From: Geobacter sulfurreducens PCA
GTDB lineage: Bacteria; Desulfobacterota; Desulfuromonadia; Geobacterales; Geobacteraceae
Direction: 5' to 3'
Assembly: GCF_000007985.2 (NCBI RefSeq)
Contig: NC_002939.5
Coordinates: forward strand, 1,290,001 to 1,322,000
Length of the DNA stretch: 32,000 nt
Shown here: positions 8,740 to 18,149 of the stretch, piece by piece
Layout of the letters: each line of letters starts with the position of its first letter
How positions within the stretch are numbered: position 1 is the first letter of the stretch
Position numbers and translations under genes: made by a program
Notes under the pieces: model-generated
What the model was told of the DNA's origin: nothing
The model's input: only the letters and a program-made list of their open reading frames with translations
Databases searched by the model: none

Positions 8740-9360
8740 ATGACAAATCTCAGTGTGTTCCTTGTTTCCGTTGTCCTCGTCACCGTTGCGCCGGGGCCCG
8801 ATATCATCCAGGTTCTCACCCGGGGAGTAAGCCAGGGGCGGATGGCCGGCTTGGCTGCCGCGGCCGGTTTCAGCACCGGCTGTATCTTCCACACGACCCT
8901 GGCGGCAGTGGGGGTGTCGGCCCTCATTCGGTCCTCCGACGTGGCATTCACCCTGATCAAGCTTGCCGGGGCCTGTTATCTGGTCTACATCGGCATCGGG
9001 GCGCTGCGGAACCGGGGGGCATCCCTGGTGGGCGAGCCGGCCGGCTTCGACGCCTTGGGGGTCATCTACCGCCAGAGCATCGTGGCAAACATCCTCAATC
9101 CCAAGGTAACCCTCTTTTTTCTCGCGTTCCTGCCCCAGTTCGTGTCCCCCGCGTCGGCCACTCCAGGCTTTCAGCTCATGGGGCTCGGCATCATCTTCAT
9201 GGTCGTCACCATCATCATCTTTGGCTCCGTGGCCCTTTTTGCGGGGCTCATCGGGGACTGGCTCCGACGTCGGCCTGCCGTTGCCGGACGGCTCCAGGCC
9301 CTGGCCGGCGTTACCTTCATCGGCCTCGGCATCCGCGTGGCATTGCCCGATGTCCGCTGA
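8740..9360 (+). CDS. LysE/RhtB family amino-acid exporter
   Basis: 206 aa, about six hydrophobic helices. The N-terminal ...VAPGPDIIQVLTRG... block is typical of the LysE/RhtB family. Confidence 0.9.
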   Translation: MTNLSVFLVSVVLVTVAPGPDIIQVLTRGVSQGRMAGLAAAAGFSTGCIFHTTLAAVGVSALIRSSDVAFTLIKLAGACYLVYIGIGALRNRGASLVGEPAGFDALGVIYRQSIVANILNPKVTLFFLAFLPQFVSPASATPGFQLMGLGIIFMVVTIIIFGSVALFAGLIGDWLRRRPAVAGRLQALAGVTFIGLGIRVALPDVR

Positions 9361-10159
9361 CCCCTTCATCATAACCACCTTGGACGAGGAGGGGCTTGCT
9401 TCCCTCAAAAAGTGGTTCCTCGGCTACTGCCGCTCCTTTTACACCTCACGCGAAGAAGACAACCGAAACATCCGCCTGAAAGAGGAGCACACGGAGCAGG
9501 TCTGCGCCTTCATGGATATCCTGACGCTTGACCTGGGGCTCGATCCGGGTGAACGGCGCCTGGCCGGGGTGGTTGCCCTGCTGCACGATGTGGGGCGGTT
9601 CGAACAGTACCGTTGCTATGGCACCTTCAGGGACAGCGAGTCGGAAAACCATGGGACCCTCGGCGTCCGCGTGCTGACGGGGGAGGGAGTGCTCGACGGC
9701 CTGGCGCCGGAGGAGCGGCGGATGATCCTCGGCGGCGTGGCGCTCCACAACGTGTTCCGGATTCCCGATGCCATTGACGGCCCGGCCCGCCGGCTGCTGC
9801 ACCTGGTGCGCGACGCGGATAAACTGGATATCTGGCGGGTGTTCCTCGAATTCTACGGTCTGCCCCCGGAGGAACAGGCTTCGGCAGTGGGGCTGGGGTT
9901 TCCGGATCTGCCGGTCTGTACCCCCGGGGTGGTGGAAACGGTCATGCGGGGAGAACTGGTCAACCTGGCGACCCTGAAGACCCTGAGCGACTTCAAGCTC
10001 CTTCAACTTTCATGGGTATTCGACCTGAATTTCGCTGTGTCGCGGCGGCTGGTGGTGGAGCGAAACTACGTGGAACAGATGGCGGCGACCCTGCCTCCGG
10101 GAGAGGACGCAGCCCGGGTCGTGGCGTTCGTGCGGGAGTATCTGGCGCGGTCGGGCTAG
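9350..10159 (+). CDS. HD domain phosphohydrolase
   Basis: ATG 9350 (MSADPF...) overlaps the LysE stop by 11 nt. LLHDVGR (HD motif) and a downstream DADKLD block are present. The 43 upstream residues in the track overlap lysE and were discarded. Confidence 0.85.
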   Translation: MSADPFIITTLDEEGLASLKKWFLGYCRSFYTSREEDNRNIRLKEEHTEQVCAFMDILTLDLGLDPGERRLAGVVALLHDVGRFEQYRCYGTFRDSESENHGTLGVRVLTGEGVLDGLAPEERRMILGGVALHNVFRIPDAIDGPARRLLHLVRDADKLDIWRVFLEFYGLPPEEQASAVGLGFPDLPVCTPGVVETVMRGELVNLATLKTLSDFKLLQLSWVFDLNFAVSRRLVVERNYVEQMAATLPPGEDAARVVAFVREYLARSG

Positions 10160-10548
10160 TGTTTAGCCGCCTTCAGCATTCCGGCGATGGCTCCGCTGGC
10201 GAAGGCGATGCACCAGAGGGTGTAGATGGTGAGACTCACCCGGTGAAAGGTGTGGTTGATCCGCTCGGTCTTGCGGGCGAACGCCGCCGCGAGAGCCAGT
10301 AAAAAGTGAAAGGCCATACCCGCAAGGGACAGGATGCCGGTAAGGTTGTGCCATTCGGGGGCCTTGCCGAAGGTCCTGGCGTAGAGGCTCATCTGATGGG
10401 TTCCCAGGTAGTCGAACAGCAGCCCCGCGCCGAAGACCAGCAGATGCTTGGCGTGGAGTCCCTCTTTCCTGCCGCTGAAGACCGCGTAGGTGTAGAAGAC
10501 GAGAGCCAGCACCATGAACGTGATTCCGGCCTTGATCATCGACATCAC
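10156..10548 (-). CDS. small integral membrane protein (four predicted TM helices; HsmA/TIGR03987-like, function unknown)
   Basis: 130 aa hydrophobic ORF. Its ATG overlaps the trmL stop (ATGA at 10545-10548). Its stop shares the palindrome CTAG (10156-10159) with the convergent HD gene. Confidence 0.75.
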   Translation of the reverse strand: MMSMIKAGITFMVLALVFYTYAVFSGRKEGLHAKHLLVFGAGLLFDYLGTHQMSLYARTFGKAPEWHNLTGILSLAGMAFHFLLALAAAFARKTERINHTFHRVSLTIYTLWCIAFASGAIAGMLKAAKH

Positions 10549-11039
10549 TCTCCGTTTTCACCCGCCCGGTCGGCAAGGCGTCCGGTCTGGCGCAGGGCTT
10601 CGTACAGGACGATCCCCGCGGCGGTTGAGAGGTTGAGGCTCCGCACCTTGCCGAAGATCGGTATCCTCACGCAGTGCTCCTCGTTGGCCCGGAGCAGGTC
10701 TTCGGGCAGTCCAACGGTTTCCTTGCCGAAGACGATGAAGTCGCCCTCGCGAAAGCCGGCATCCACGTAACAGCGCGCCGCCTTCTTGCTCGTATAGAAG
10801 AAGCGCGCGTCGGGCCAGGCCTGCCGCAGTTGGTCGAGGCTCTCCCAGTAGCGGATATCCACCTCGCTCCAGTAGTCGAGGCCGGCTCTCTTCAGGTACC
10901 GGTCATCGGTAGAAAAGCCAAGTTTTCCGACCAGGTGGAGTACGGTGCCGGTGGCCCCGCAAAGGCGGGCAATGTTGCCGGTGTTGGGTGGGATTTCCGG
11001 CTCCACGAGCACAATGTGAAAGGGCTGGTGTCCAGTCAT
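10545..11039 (-). CDS. trmL: tRNA (cytidine/uridine(34)-2'-O)-methyltransferase, SpoU/TrmL family
   Basis: ATG 11039 with GGAAGG upstream gives 164 aa. FHIVLVEPEIPPNTGNIARLC and the C-terminal SLNLSTAAGIVLYEA knot motif are TrmL hallmarks. Confidence 0.9.
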   Translation of the reverse strand: MTGHQPFHIVLVEPEIPPNTGNIARLCGATGTVLHLVGKLGFSTDDRYLKRAGLDYWSEVDIRYWESLDQLRQAWPDARFFYTSKKAARCYVDAGFREGDFIVFGKETVGLPEDLLRANEEHCVRIPIFGKVRSLNLSTAAGIVLYEALRQTGRLADRAGENGE

Positions 11040-11096
11040 GGGTCCTTCCCGCGGGAACGCTCCCCCCTCGTATACCGGCAGGAGGGTTCGCCGGTC

Positions 11097-11125
11097 TTGC
11101 AATTTTCAATCGGGGGGTCTATTAT
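11097..11125 (+). promoter_or_regulatory. candidate sigma70 promoter for serA
   Basis: TTGCAA (11097-11102), a 17-nt spacer, then TATTAT (11120-11125), about 90 nt upstream of the serA ATG in the divergent trmL/serA gap. Confidence 0.4.
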
Positions 11126-11214
11126 TAGCGCTTCTCCGCAGCCTCGCAAAGCACTTTCTTGCCATCGGGTTATACCGGCTACTCATTACCATTCCACACC
11201 ACAGGGGATCATCA

Positions 11215-12843
11215 ATGAAAATCATCGTTACTGACGAGGTGGCTCAAGAAGGATTGGCACTTCTTGCCCAGGATCCGCGTGTTGAGCTCGATGTGAAGCT
11301 CGGCCTCAAGAAGGAGGAACTCCTCGCAATAATCGGCGATTACGACGTCATCATCACCCGCAGCGGCACCACCGTGAATCGGGAGCTTCTGGACGCGGGG
11401 AAAAAGCTGAGGCTCGTGGCCCGGGCGGGCGTGGGCATCGACAACGTTGACGTTGACTACGCAAGTTCCCGCGGCGTCATCGTGGTGAACGCTCCTTTCG
11501 GCAATACCAACAGCGCGGCCGAGCATGCCATGGCGCTGCTGCTCTCCTTCTGCCGCAACGTGACCCGCGCCAACGGCAGCCTGAAGAGCGGCGAGTGGAA
11601 GCGGGCTCCGTTCACCGGCTACGAGCTCAAGGGTAAGACGGCCGGCGTCATCGGCCTCGGCAAGGTCGGCGGCCGGGTAGCCACGCGGCTCAAGGCCTTC
11701 GAGTGCGACGTGCTCGCCTGCGATCCCTACATCGCCGTGAAGCGGGCCCATGACCTGGGGGTCAAGCTGGTCTCCCACGACGAGATTTACAAGAACTGCG
11801 ACATCATCACCGTCCACACCCCTCTCACCGACGAGACTCGCAACATGATCGGCGAGCGTGAGCTGGCTATGATGAAGGACGGCGTCATCATCGTGAACGC
11901 CGCCCGGGGCGGCATCATCGAAGAGGCGGCCCTGCTGAAGTATCTGGAGTCGGGCAAGGTGGCCGGAGCCGCTGTGGACGTGTTCAGCGAGGAGCCCCCC
12001 AAGAGCGAGTATCTGAAGAAGCTCATCGGCCACGAGAGGGTCGTGGTGACGCCGCATCTGGGGGCAAATACCTTTGAGGCCCAGGTGAACGTGGCTGTGG
12101 ACGTATCCCGCGAGATTCTCAACTACCTGGACGACCAGCCCCTGGAGAACGCCGTGAACATTCCGCGCTTCGACTTGGCACTCATGGACCAGATGCGGCC
12201 GTTCCTCAACCTCATGAACACCCTGTGCGAATTCGGCATTCAGTTGCTGGACGCCAATATCTCGAAGATCGTCTTCGGCTTCTCGGGCTCCATCGCCCAC
12301 TACGACTGCACCCCGCTTACCGTCTGCGGCCTGGCGTCGATCCTTAACCGGATGGTCGACCAGGACGTGAACATGGTGAACGCTTCTCTCATCGCCGAAG
12401 GGATGGGCATTGTGGTGGAGGAGTCCAAGACGACTCATGCCGACGCCTTCTCCAACCTCATCACGATCGTGGTGGAAGGAGAGGGGGGCAAGCGCCGCAC
12501 CATCTCGGGCACCCTTTTCGAGGGGCTGCCCCGCATCGTACGGCTGCGCGACTACTCCATGGACTTTGCGCCCGAGGAGCACATGCTGCTGCTCCACTAC
12601 GCCGACCGGCCGGGTATGATCGGCAAGATCGGCACAATCATGGGACAACATGAGATCAATATTGCCTCCATGAACCTGGGACGCAGCGAAAAGAAAGGGG
12701 AAGCCATGGTCATCCTTTCCCTTGATTCGGCTGTACCTCCCCAAGTGCTTGAGGAGGTGCGCGCCGCAACCGACGCCACCTTCATCAAGGCCATTCACAT
12801 GCCGGGTGCCCGGTGCAGCCGGAGCTGCGGCTGCACCGCCTGA
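11215..12843 (+). CDS. serA: D-3-phosphoglycerate dehydrogenase (long form with ASB and ACT domains)
   Basis: ATG 11215 gives MKIIVTDEV.... Contains the Rossmann motif GVIGLGKVGGRVA, a catalytic-region motif (VTPHLGAN) and a C-terminal ACT-like segment. 542 aa. The 59-residue track extension was discarded. Confidence 0.95.
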   Translation: MKIIVTDEVAQEGLALLAQDPRVELDVKLGLKKEELLAIIGDYDVIITRSGTTVNRELLDAGKKLRLVARAGVGIDNVDVDYASSRGVIVVNAPFGNTNSAAEHAMALLLSFCRNVTRANGSLKSGEWKRAPFTGYELKGKTAGVIGLGKVGGRVATRLKAFECDVLACDPYIAVKRAHDLGVKLVSHDEIYKNCDIITVHTPLTDETRNMIGERELAMMKDGVIIVNAARGGIIEEAALLKYLESGKVAGAAVDVFSEEPPKSEYLKKLIGHERVVVTPHLGANTFEAQVNVAVDVSREILNYLDDQPLENAVNIPRFDLALMDQMRPFLNLMNTLCEFGIQLLDANISKIVFGFSGSIAHYDCTPLTVCGLASILNRMVDQDVNMVNASLIAEGMGIVVEESKTTHADAFSNLITIVVEGEGGKRRTISGTLFEGLPRIVRLRDYSMDFAPEEHMLLLHYADRPGMIGKIGTIMGQHEINIASMNLGRSEKKGEAMVILSLDSAVPPQVLEEVRAATDATFIKAIHMPGARCSRSCGCTA

Positions 12844-12872
12844 TCCGCGGACATTCCCTTGTTTGATGTGCG

Positions 12873-12906
12873 GGGGCCGGTCTTCCTTTGGGGGGCCGGC
12901 CCCTTT
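12873..12906 (+). terminator. possible serA terminator hairpin
   Basis: GGGGCCGG (12873-12880) pairs with CCGGCCCC (12896-12903), followed by TTTG. The loop is large (15 nt) and the U-tract short, so this is weak. Confidence 0.4.
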
Positions 12907-12923
12907 GCGCAGGAGGCTGACGA

Positions 12924-13487
12924 ATGAAGAACACGCTCTGGCTCGGGGTGACGCTCCTGCTTATGGGGCTCATCCTGGCGCTCTACCTGCTTACCCCCGA
13001 GCGGTCTCCAGGACCGCTGAAATCCTCCGTCCCCCCCGCCGGGGACCGGGTTATCACGGTGAAGGACGGCGACACGGTGGTCATCGCCCCGGCAGGGGGC
13101 GGCAAGCCTTACCCCTGCAGACTCTACGGCATTGATACGCCCGAAACTCCGAAAAAACGGAAACAGGGGCAGCCGTACGGACAGGAAGCGGCCGACGAGC
13201 TGAGCTCTCTCGTGCTCGGCAAGGAGGTGAAGGTTCTCCTGACCGGCGACACGACCTATAATCGCCAGGTGGGGACTATCGAGGTGGATGGGGTGAACGT
13301 GAATCTGGAGATGGTGCGTCGGGGTTATGCCTGGGCCTATGTCCAGTACCTGCGGAGGCCCCACGTGTCCGAGTACCGCGAGGCCGAAGAGGACGCGCGC
13401 CGGCAACGGCTCGGGCTCTGGCAGGATCACAACCCCGTGCCGCCATGGGAGTTTCGCAAGCGACAGAGGCTCCAGAAGCTTGACTAA
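12924..13487 (+). CDS. thermonuclease (staphylococcal nuclease, SNase) family protein with N-terminal membrane anchor or signal
   Basis: N-terminal hydrophobic helix, then VKDGDTV...RLYGIDTPE...YGQEA...NLEMVRRGYAWAY...GLW, the SNase catalytic and structural motifs. SD AGGAGG lies 7 nt upstream. Confidence 0.9.
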   Translation: MKNTLWLGVTLLLMGLILALYLLTPERSPGPLKSSVPPAGDRVITVKDGDTVVIAPAGGGKPYPCRLYGIDTPETPKKRKQGQPYGQEAADELSSLVLGKEVKVLLTGDTTYNRQVGTIEVDGVNVNLEMVRRGYAWAYVQYLRRPHVSEYREAEEDARRQRLGLWQDHNPVPPWEFRKRQRLQKLD

Positions 13488-13576
13488 TCACTCCCTTTCG
13501 ACTACTTTCTCTTGGTGCGGCTGTACCGGCCCCAACTTGCCGAAACAGCCGAAACTTTTTCGCAACGGAGACAACG

Positions 13577-14785
13577 ATGATCGACAACGAAAACAACGTA
13601 AACGAGCCGGCCGAGGAGGAGAGCTTCGCCGAGCTCTTCGAAAAGAGCAATCGCAGGACCGAGCGGCTGCGGCCAGGCTCAAAGGTGGACGCACGGGTGC
13701 TCAAGATCGGCGCCGAGTGGGTCTTCCTCGATATCGGCAGCAAGGGTGAAGGGGTCATGGAGCGCAAGGAGCTCCTGGACAAGGACGGCAATCTGACGGT
13801 CGCCGAAGGGGACACCATCCCGGTCTGGTTCGTGAAGGTTGAGCGGAACGAGATGCGCTTCACCACCAAGGTCGGCACGGGGCAGGCGGGCCTGTCCGCC
13901 CTGGAGGACGCCTATCGTGCCGGCATCCCCGTGGAGGGGAACGTCGAGAAGGAGATCAAGGGGGGCTTCGAGATCAAGGTCGGCGGTACCGTCCGCGCTT
14001 TCTGCCCCTATTCGCAGATTTCGCTCCGCCGGGCGGCCAATCCGGCCGAATTCGTGGGACGCCAGCTCCTGTTCAAGGTGGTGGAATTCGCCGAGCGCGG
14101 ACGCAACATCGTCCTTTCCCACCGCGCGATCCTTGAGGAGGAAGAGCGGCAGAAGCGCGAGGCGTTGAAGGATACTCTCAAGGAGGGCACGACCCTAACC
14201 GGCACCGTGACCCGTCTCATGCCTTTCGGCGCGTTCGTCGACATCGGCGGTGTTGAGGGGCTCATTCCCATTTCCGAGGCCGGTTGGAGCCGGGTGAAGG
14301 AGATCGGCGACGTCCTGTCCGTGGGTGAGCAGGTGACCGCCCTGGTGAAGCGGATCGACTGGGAGAACAACAAGATATCTCTCAGCCTCCGCGATGTTCA
14401 GGCCGACCCCTGGGAGGGGATTGCCGAGCGCTTCCCGGAAGGGTCCTACCACACGGGAACCGTGGCGCGGCTCGCTCCGTTCGGCGCTTTTGTAACTCTT
14501 GCCCCGGGCATCGACGGACTCATCCACATCTCCAAGCTCGGTGCCGGCAAGCGGATAGCCCATCCCCGGGAGGTGCTCAAGGAGGGTGACGCCGTTGAGG
14601 TAACGGTCGAGGGTGTAGACCGCGAGAGCCGCCGTCTTTCCCTTGCGCTGGCCGCCACCAAGCGAGCGGCAGAGGAAGAGGAGCGGAGCATTGCCGAATT
14701 CCGCGGTAAGGGCGCGGCGCAGACCAAGGATTCCATGGGAACGTTCGGCGACATTCTCAAGGCCCAGCTCGACGACAAGAAGTAG
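13577..14785 (+). CDS. S1 RNA-binding domain protein (four S1 repeats; RpsA-related)
   Basis: 402 aa with repeated S1-fold blocks (G..V.G.V......GAFV....G.EGLI/HIS...). GGAG lies 6 nt upstream of the ATG. Confidence 0.9.
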   Translation: MIDNENNVNEPAEEESFAELFEKSNRRTERLRPGSKVDARVLKIGAEWVFLDIGSKGEGVMERKELLDKDGNLTVAEGDTIPVWFVKVERNEMRFTTKVGTGQAGLSALEDAYRAGIPVEGNVEKEIKGGFEIKVGGTVRAFCPYSQISLRRAANPAEFVGRQLLFKVVEFAERGRNIVLSHRAILEEEERQKREALKDTLKEGTTLTGTVTRLMPFGAFVDIGGVEGLIPISEAGWSRVKEIGDVLSVGEQVTALVKRIDWENNKISLSLRDVQADPWEGIAERFPEGSYHTGTVARLAPFGAFVTLAPGIDGLIHISKLGAGKRIAHPREVLKEGDAVEVTVEGVDRESRRLSLALAATKRAAEEEERSIAEFRGKGAAQTKDSMGTFGDILKAQLDDKK

Positions 14786-14790
14786 GTCGG

Positions 14791-15276
14791 ATGGCAGGTC
14801 ATTCCAACTACATCACTCCCGAGGGGGCGAAAAAACTCCGGACCGAGCTGACCTGGCTCTGGAAGGAGGAGCGCCCCCGGGTCACCCAAGGTGTTGCCGA
14901 TGCGGCCGCCGAGGGTGATCGATCTGAAAACGCCGAGTACATTTACGGTAAGAAGCGGCTGCGGGAGATCGACCGCCGCATCCGCTTCCTTACTCAGCGG
15001 CTCGATGCCCTCACGGTTGTTGACGCTCCGCCCCCTGCTACCGACAAGGTTTTTTTCGGTGCCTGGGTGCGGCTCGAAAACGAGGAGGGCGACGAGGTCG
15101 TCTACCGGGTTGTCGGCCCGGACGAGACCGATGCCGCCAAAGGGCACATCAGTCTCGACTCCCCCATGGGCAAGTCACTGCTCGGTCGCCGAGAGGGAGA
15201 CGAGGTTCACGTCCGCCGTCCGGCTGGCGAAGCGGTCTTCACCGTACTCGAAGTCGGCTACCAGCCGCTGGATTAA
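14791..15276 (+). CDS. greB: transcription elongation (cleavage) factor GreB
   Basis: 161 aa: NYITPEGAKKLRTEL..., acidic-tip region GDRSENAEY and the C-terminal globular domain SPMGKSLLGRREGDEV. Starts 5 nt after the S1 gene stop. Confidence 0.9.
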   Translation: MAGHSNYITPEGAKKLRTELTWLWKEERPRVTQGVADAAAEGDRSENAEYIYGKKRLREIDRRIRFLTQRLDALTVVDAPPPATDKVFFGAWVRLENEEGDEVVYRVVGPDETDAAKGHISLDSPMGKSLLGRREGDEVHVRRPAGEAVFTVLEVGYQPLD

Positions 15277-15292
15277 CAGGTTTTTCCCCGTC

Positions 15293-15346
15293 AGACGCAG
15301 GGATGAAGGGCCCGGCTAACCCCGGCTTCACCTCATTCCTGCGTCT
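15293..15346. repeat. long imperfect-free inverted repeat (14-bp stem) in the greB-downstream gap
   Basis: AGACGCAGGGATGA (15293-15306) pairs with TCATTCCTGCGTCT (15333-15346): 13 Watson-Crick pairs plus one G-T. The 26-nt loop contains a CCGG...CCGG mini-palindrome. No U-tract follows. Confidence 0.5.
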
Positions 15347-15380
15347 TCGTCGTCAGCTTGAATCTCCCGGAGGGCTCCCC

Positions 15381-16454
15381 ATGTACGTCGTCATCCTCGC
15401 CGGCGGCTCCGGCACCCGTTTCTGGCCCCTGTCGCGCAAGGCCCACCCCAAACAGCTCATGTCGGTCTTTGGCGGGAAGTCCATGCTGCAACGGACCGTG
15501 GAGCGGGTAATCCCCCTCAATCCCAAGCGTATCCTGGTGGTCACCAACCATCTGCAGGCGGACGAAACCCGGCGCCAGCTGGAGTACCTGAGAGGAATAC
15601 GCATCGATGTGATCGAGGAGCCCATGGGGCGCAATACGGCGCCGGCCATTTCTCTGGCCGCCACCCTCATCGCCCGCCACGATCCGGAAGCGGTCATGGC
15701 GGTGCTGCCGGCCGACCACTACATTGCCGACGAGGATGCCTTCTGTGCCGCTCTCCAGCGGGGGCGCGAGCCGGCCATGAACGGCTGGCTGGTCACCTTC
15801 GGCATCCTTCCGGACCGGCCCGAAACCGGCTACGGCTATATCGAGGCCGACCGGCACCTGCGGGGAGACGGTCCATACCCGGTCAAACGTTTCGTGGAAA
15901 AACCCGATGCGGCCACTGCGGCCCAGTACCTGGCCGCCGGCGGGTTCTACTGGAACAGCGGCATGTTCATGTGGCGCGCCGACGTGATCCTCGACCGGAT
16001 CGCCAACCACATGCCCGATCTGGCCCGCGCCTTTGCCGGCATTGCCTTCGATGCCGACATCTGGGAACCGGCCGACCTCGCTCCCCAGATTGAGGCCGTC
16101 TACGCCATGGTTTCCGGCCAGTCCATCGACTACGGCGTCATGGAGAAGGCTGACAACGTGCTGGTGCTACCCGCCTCCTTCGGCTGGAGCGATGTGGGCA
16201 GCTGGAGCGCGCTGCCCGGCTTGATTGCCCCCGACGGCGACGGTACCGTCCGCCTCGCCGGCGAGACCGTCATCAGTGTTGACTCGGCTGGCTGTGTGGT
16301 GCGCGGTGAAAAACTCGTGGCACTGGTGGGCGTCAGAGACCTGGTTGTCGTCGACACCCCCGATGCCCTGATGGTCTGCGCCAGGGATGGGGCCCAGGAT
16401 GTCAGGAAGATAGTGGAAGAACTGGAGCGTCGCGGGCTGAAGCAGTATCTCTGA
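15381..16454 (+). CDS. mannose-1-phosphate guanylyltransferase (nucleotidyltransferase domain only, no PMI/cupin domain)
   Basis: ATG 15381 with GGAGGG 6 nt upstream gives MYVVILAGGSGTRFWPLSR..., the sugar-nucleotidyltransferase G-loop, plus YWNSGMF. 357 aa. Confidence 0.9.
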   Translation: MYVVILAGGSGTRFWPLSRKAHPKQLMSVFGGKSMLQRTVERVIPLNPKRILVVTNHLQADETRRQLEYLRGIRIDVIEEPMGRNTAPAISLAATLIARHDPEAVMAVLPADHYIADEDAFCAALQRGREPAMNGWLVTFGILPDRPETGYGYIEADRHLRGDGPYPVKRFVEKPDAATAAQYLAAGGFYWNSGMFMWRADVILDRIANHMPDLARAFAGIAFDADIWEPADLAPQIEAVYAMVSGQSIDYGVMEKADNVLVLPASFGWSDVGSWSALPGLIAPDGDGTVRLAGETVISVDSAGCVVRGEKLVALVGVRDLVVVDTPDALMVCARDGAQDVRKIVEELERRGLKQYL

Positions 16455-16514
16455 TTGTGACGGGCCCGTGGCCAGTCGTGATATCGCACCTTCCACGCGG
16501 GGATTTCGTTGCCA

Positions 16515-17975
16515 ATGACCCCATTCGAATATCTACTTTTAGGTGTTTCCCTTCTGTTGCTGGTGAGCATCCTCGCCAGCAAGGTATCGAGCCGCCTGGG
16601 AGTTCCGGCACTTCTTCTCTTCCTCCTGGTGGGGATGCTGGCCGGTTCCGACGGACCGGGCGGCTTTCAGTTCGACAATCCGGTCCTCGTCCAGTCACTT
16701 GGCATTGTTGCTCTGGCCTATATCCTTTTTGCCGGAGGACTCGACACCAACTGGCGATCAGTCCGGCCGGTGCTGGGCCGGGCATTGATCCTCTCTACCC
16801 TGGGAGTGTTCGTTACGGCATTGCTGGTCGGCTGGTTTGTTCATGCGGTCCTTGACTTTTCGTTGCTCGAGGGGCTGCTGGTGGGGGCCATTGTCTCCTC
16901 CACCGATGCTGCTGCTGTGTTTTCGGTGCTCCGTTCTCGCAACGTGAGTCTCAGCGGTGAGCTGAAACCGCTTCTCGAACTGGAGTCGGGCAGCAACGAT
17001 CCCATGGCGGTCTTCCTGACCGTTGCCATTATTTCCCTGCTTGTGGATCCCGGAGCCAAGCTCTACCATCTCCCCCTGCTGGTCCTGTGGCAAATGGTGG
17101 TCGGCGGGGCTGCGGGTTATCTCCTGGGCAAGGGGGGAGTTCTTCTGATCAACCGGCTTCGCCTGGAGTACGAAGGTCTCTACTCGGTGCTCACCCTGAC
17201 CCTGGTGCTTCTGATTTACAGCGGCACCGTCCTGCTGAAAGGAAACGGCTTTCTTGCGGTCTACGCTGCGGGGCTGGTCATGGGGAACAGCTCCTTTGTG
17301 CAGAAAAAGAGCTTGGTCCGGTTCCACGACGGTCTTGCCTGGCTGATGCAGATTACCATGTTTCTGATTCTCGGCCTGCAGGTTTTTCCCTCTCATCTCG
17401 TTCCTGTGACACTCGTGGGGCTGTGTACGGCTGCGTTTCTCATGCTGGTGGCCCGGCCCGTCAGCGTTTTTGCGACGCTTCTCTTTACCCCCATGACCGT
17501 TCGGGAAAAGACGATGATCTCGTGGGTCGGCTTGCGCGGAGCGGTCCCGATCGTGCTTGCCACTTTTCCGCTGATGGCCGGTGTTGGCAAGGCGGAGATG
17601 ATCTTCAACGTTGTCTTTTTTATTGTCTGTTCCTCGGCGCTTCTCCAGGGGTCCACGATCCCCCTGGCCGCCCGCTGGCTTGGCCTGGATGCACCAATGC
17701 TCGCCAAACGCCGGCGTCCTTTCGAGTTCGAGGCGTCCGACGAGGGTAAAGGAGAGTTGGTCGAAATTGAGATTTCGCCCGTTTCGTTAGCCGTGAATCG
17801 CCAGATCGTCGATCTCCACCTCCCGGCGGGATCGCTTATCGTCCTGATCCAGAGACGAGGGGAGTTCGTTGTCCCCGGTGGCGGAACACTCATTGAGGCG
17901 GGGGACACGGTGCACCTCCTGGCCGACCGCGAGCGTATCGACGAGATACGAGCCATGTTCGAGACGCCGTCGTGA
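16515..17975 (+). CDS. nhaP2: K+/H+ antiporter, CPA1 family NhaP2/CvrA type with C-terminal TrkA-C (RCK_C) domain
   Basis: Closely follows the CvrA/NhaP2 pattern: [22 protein letters not shown]..., [16 protein letters not shown] and [15 protein letters not shown]. The C-terminal ...[28 protein letters not shown] is RCK_C. The start may be ATG 16515 or TTG 16509. Confidence 0.9.
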   Translation: MTPFEYLLLGVSLLLLVSILASKVSSRLGVPALLLFLLVGMLAGSDGPGGFQFDNPVLVQSLGIVALAYILFAGGLDTNWRSVRPVLGRALILSTLGVFVTALLVGWFVHAVLDFSLLEGLLVGAIVSSTDAAAVFSVLRSRNVSLSGELKPLLELESGSNDPMAVFLTVAIISLLVDPGAKLYHLPLLVLWQMVVGGAAGYLLGKGGVLLINRLRLEYEGLYSVLTLTLVLLIYSGTVLLKGNGFLAVYAAGLVMGNSSFVQKKSLVRFHDGLAWLMQITMFLILGLQVFPSHLVPVTLVGLCTAAFLMLVARPVSVFATLLFTPMTVREKTMISWVGLRGAVPIVLATFPLMAGVGKAEMIFNVVFFIVCSSALLQGSTIPLAARWLGLDAPMLAKRRRPFEFEASDEGKGELVEIEISPVSLAVNRQIVDLHLPAGSLIVLIQRRGEFVVPGGGTLIEAGDTVHLLADRERIDEIRAMFETPS

Positions 17976-18149
17976 CCCCCGGTCGAGGCGCTTGATTCGT
18001 TGCCATTCCGCGATTCGTTGAGAGCGAAAGAAACCGAAACGGCGCCCTGACCGCCGGGCTCCATCATCCAGACGGCCTAGCTTCCTGTGCAAAATGGCAC
18101 GCTTCAATGTTCAACAGAGGCTTTTGTGGAATTTCAGATACTGCGTGAC

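Noticed and set aside
10156-10159. Convergent HD and membrane-protein genes share their stop codons in the palindrome CTAG.
   Set aside because: The observation is real, but it is just tight packing of convergent genes with no evident functional implication.
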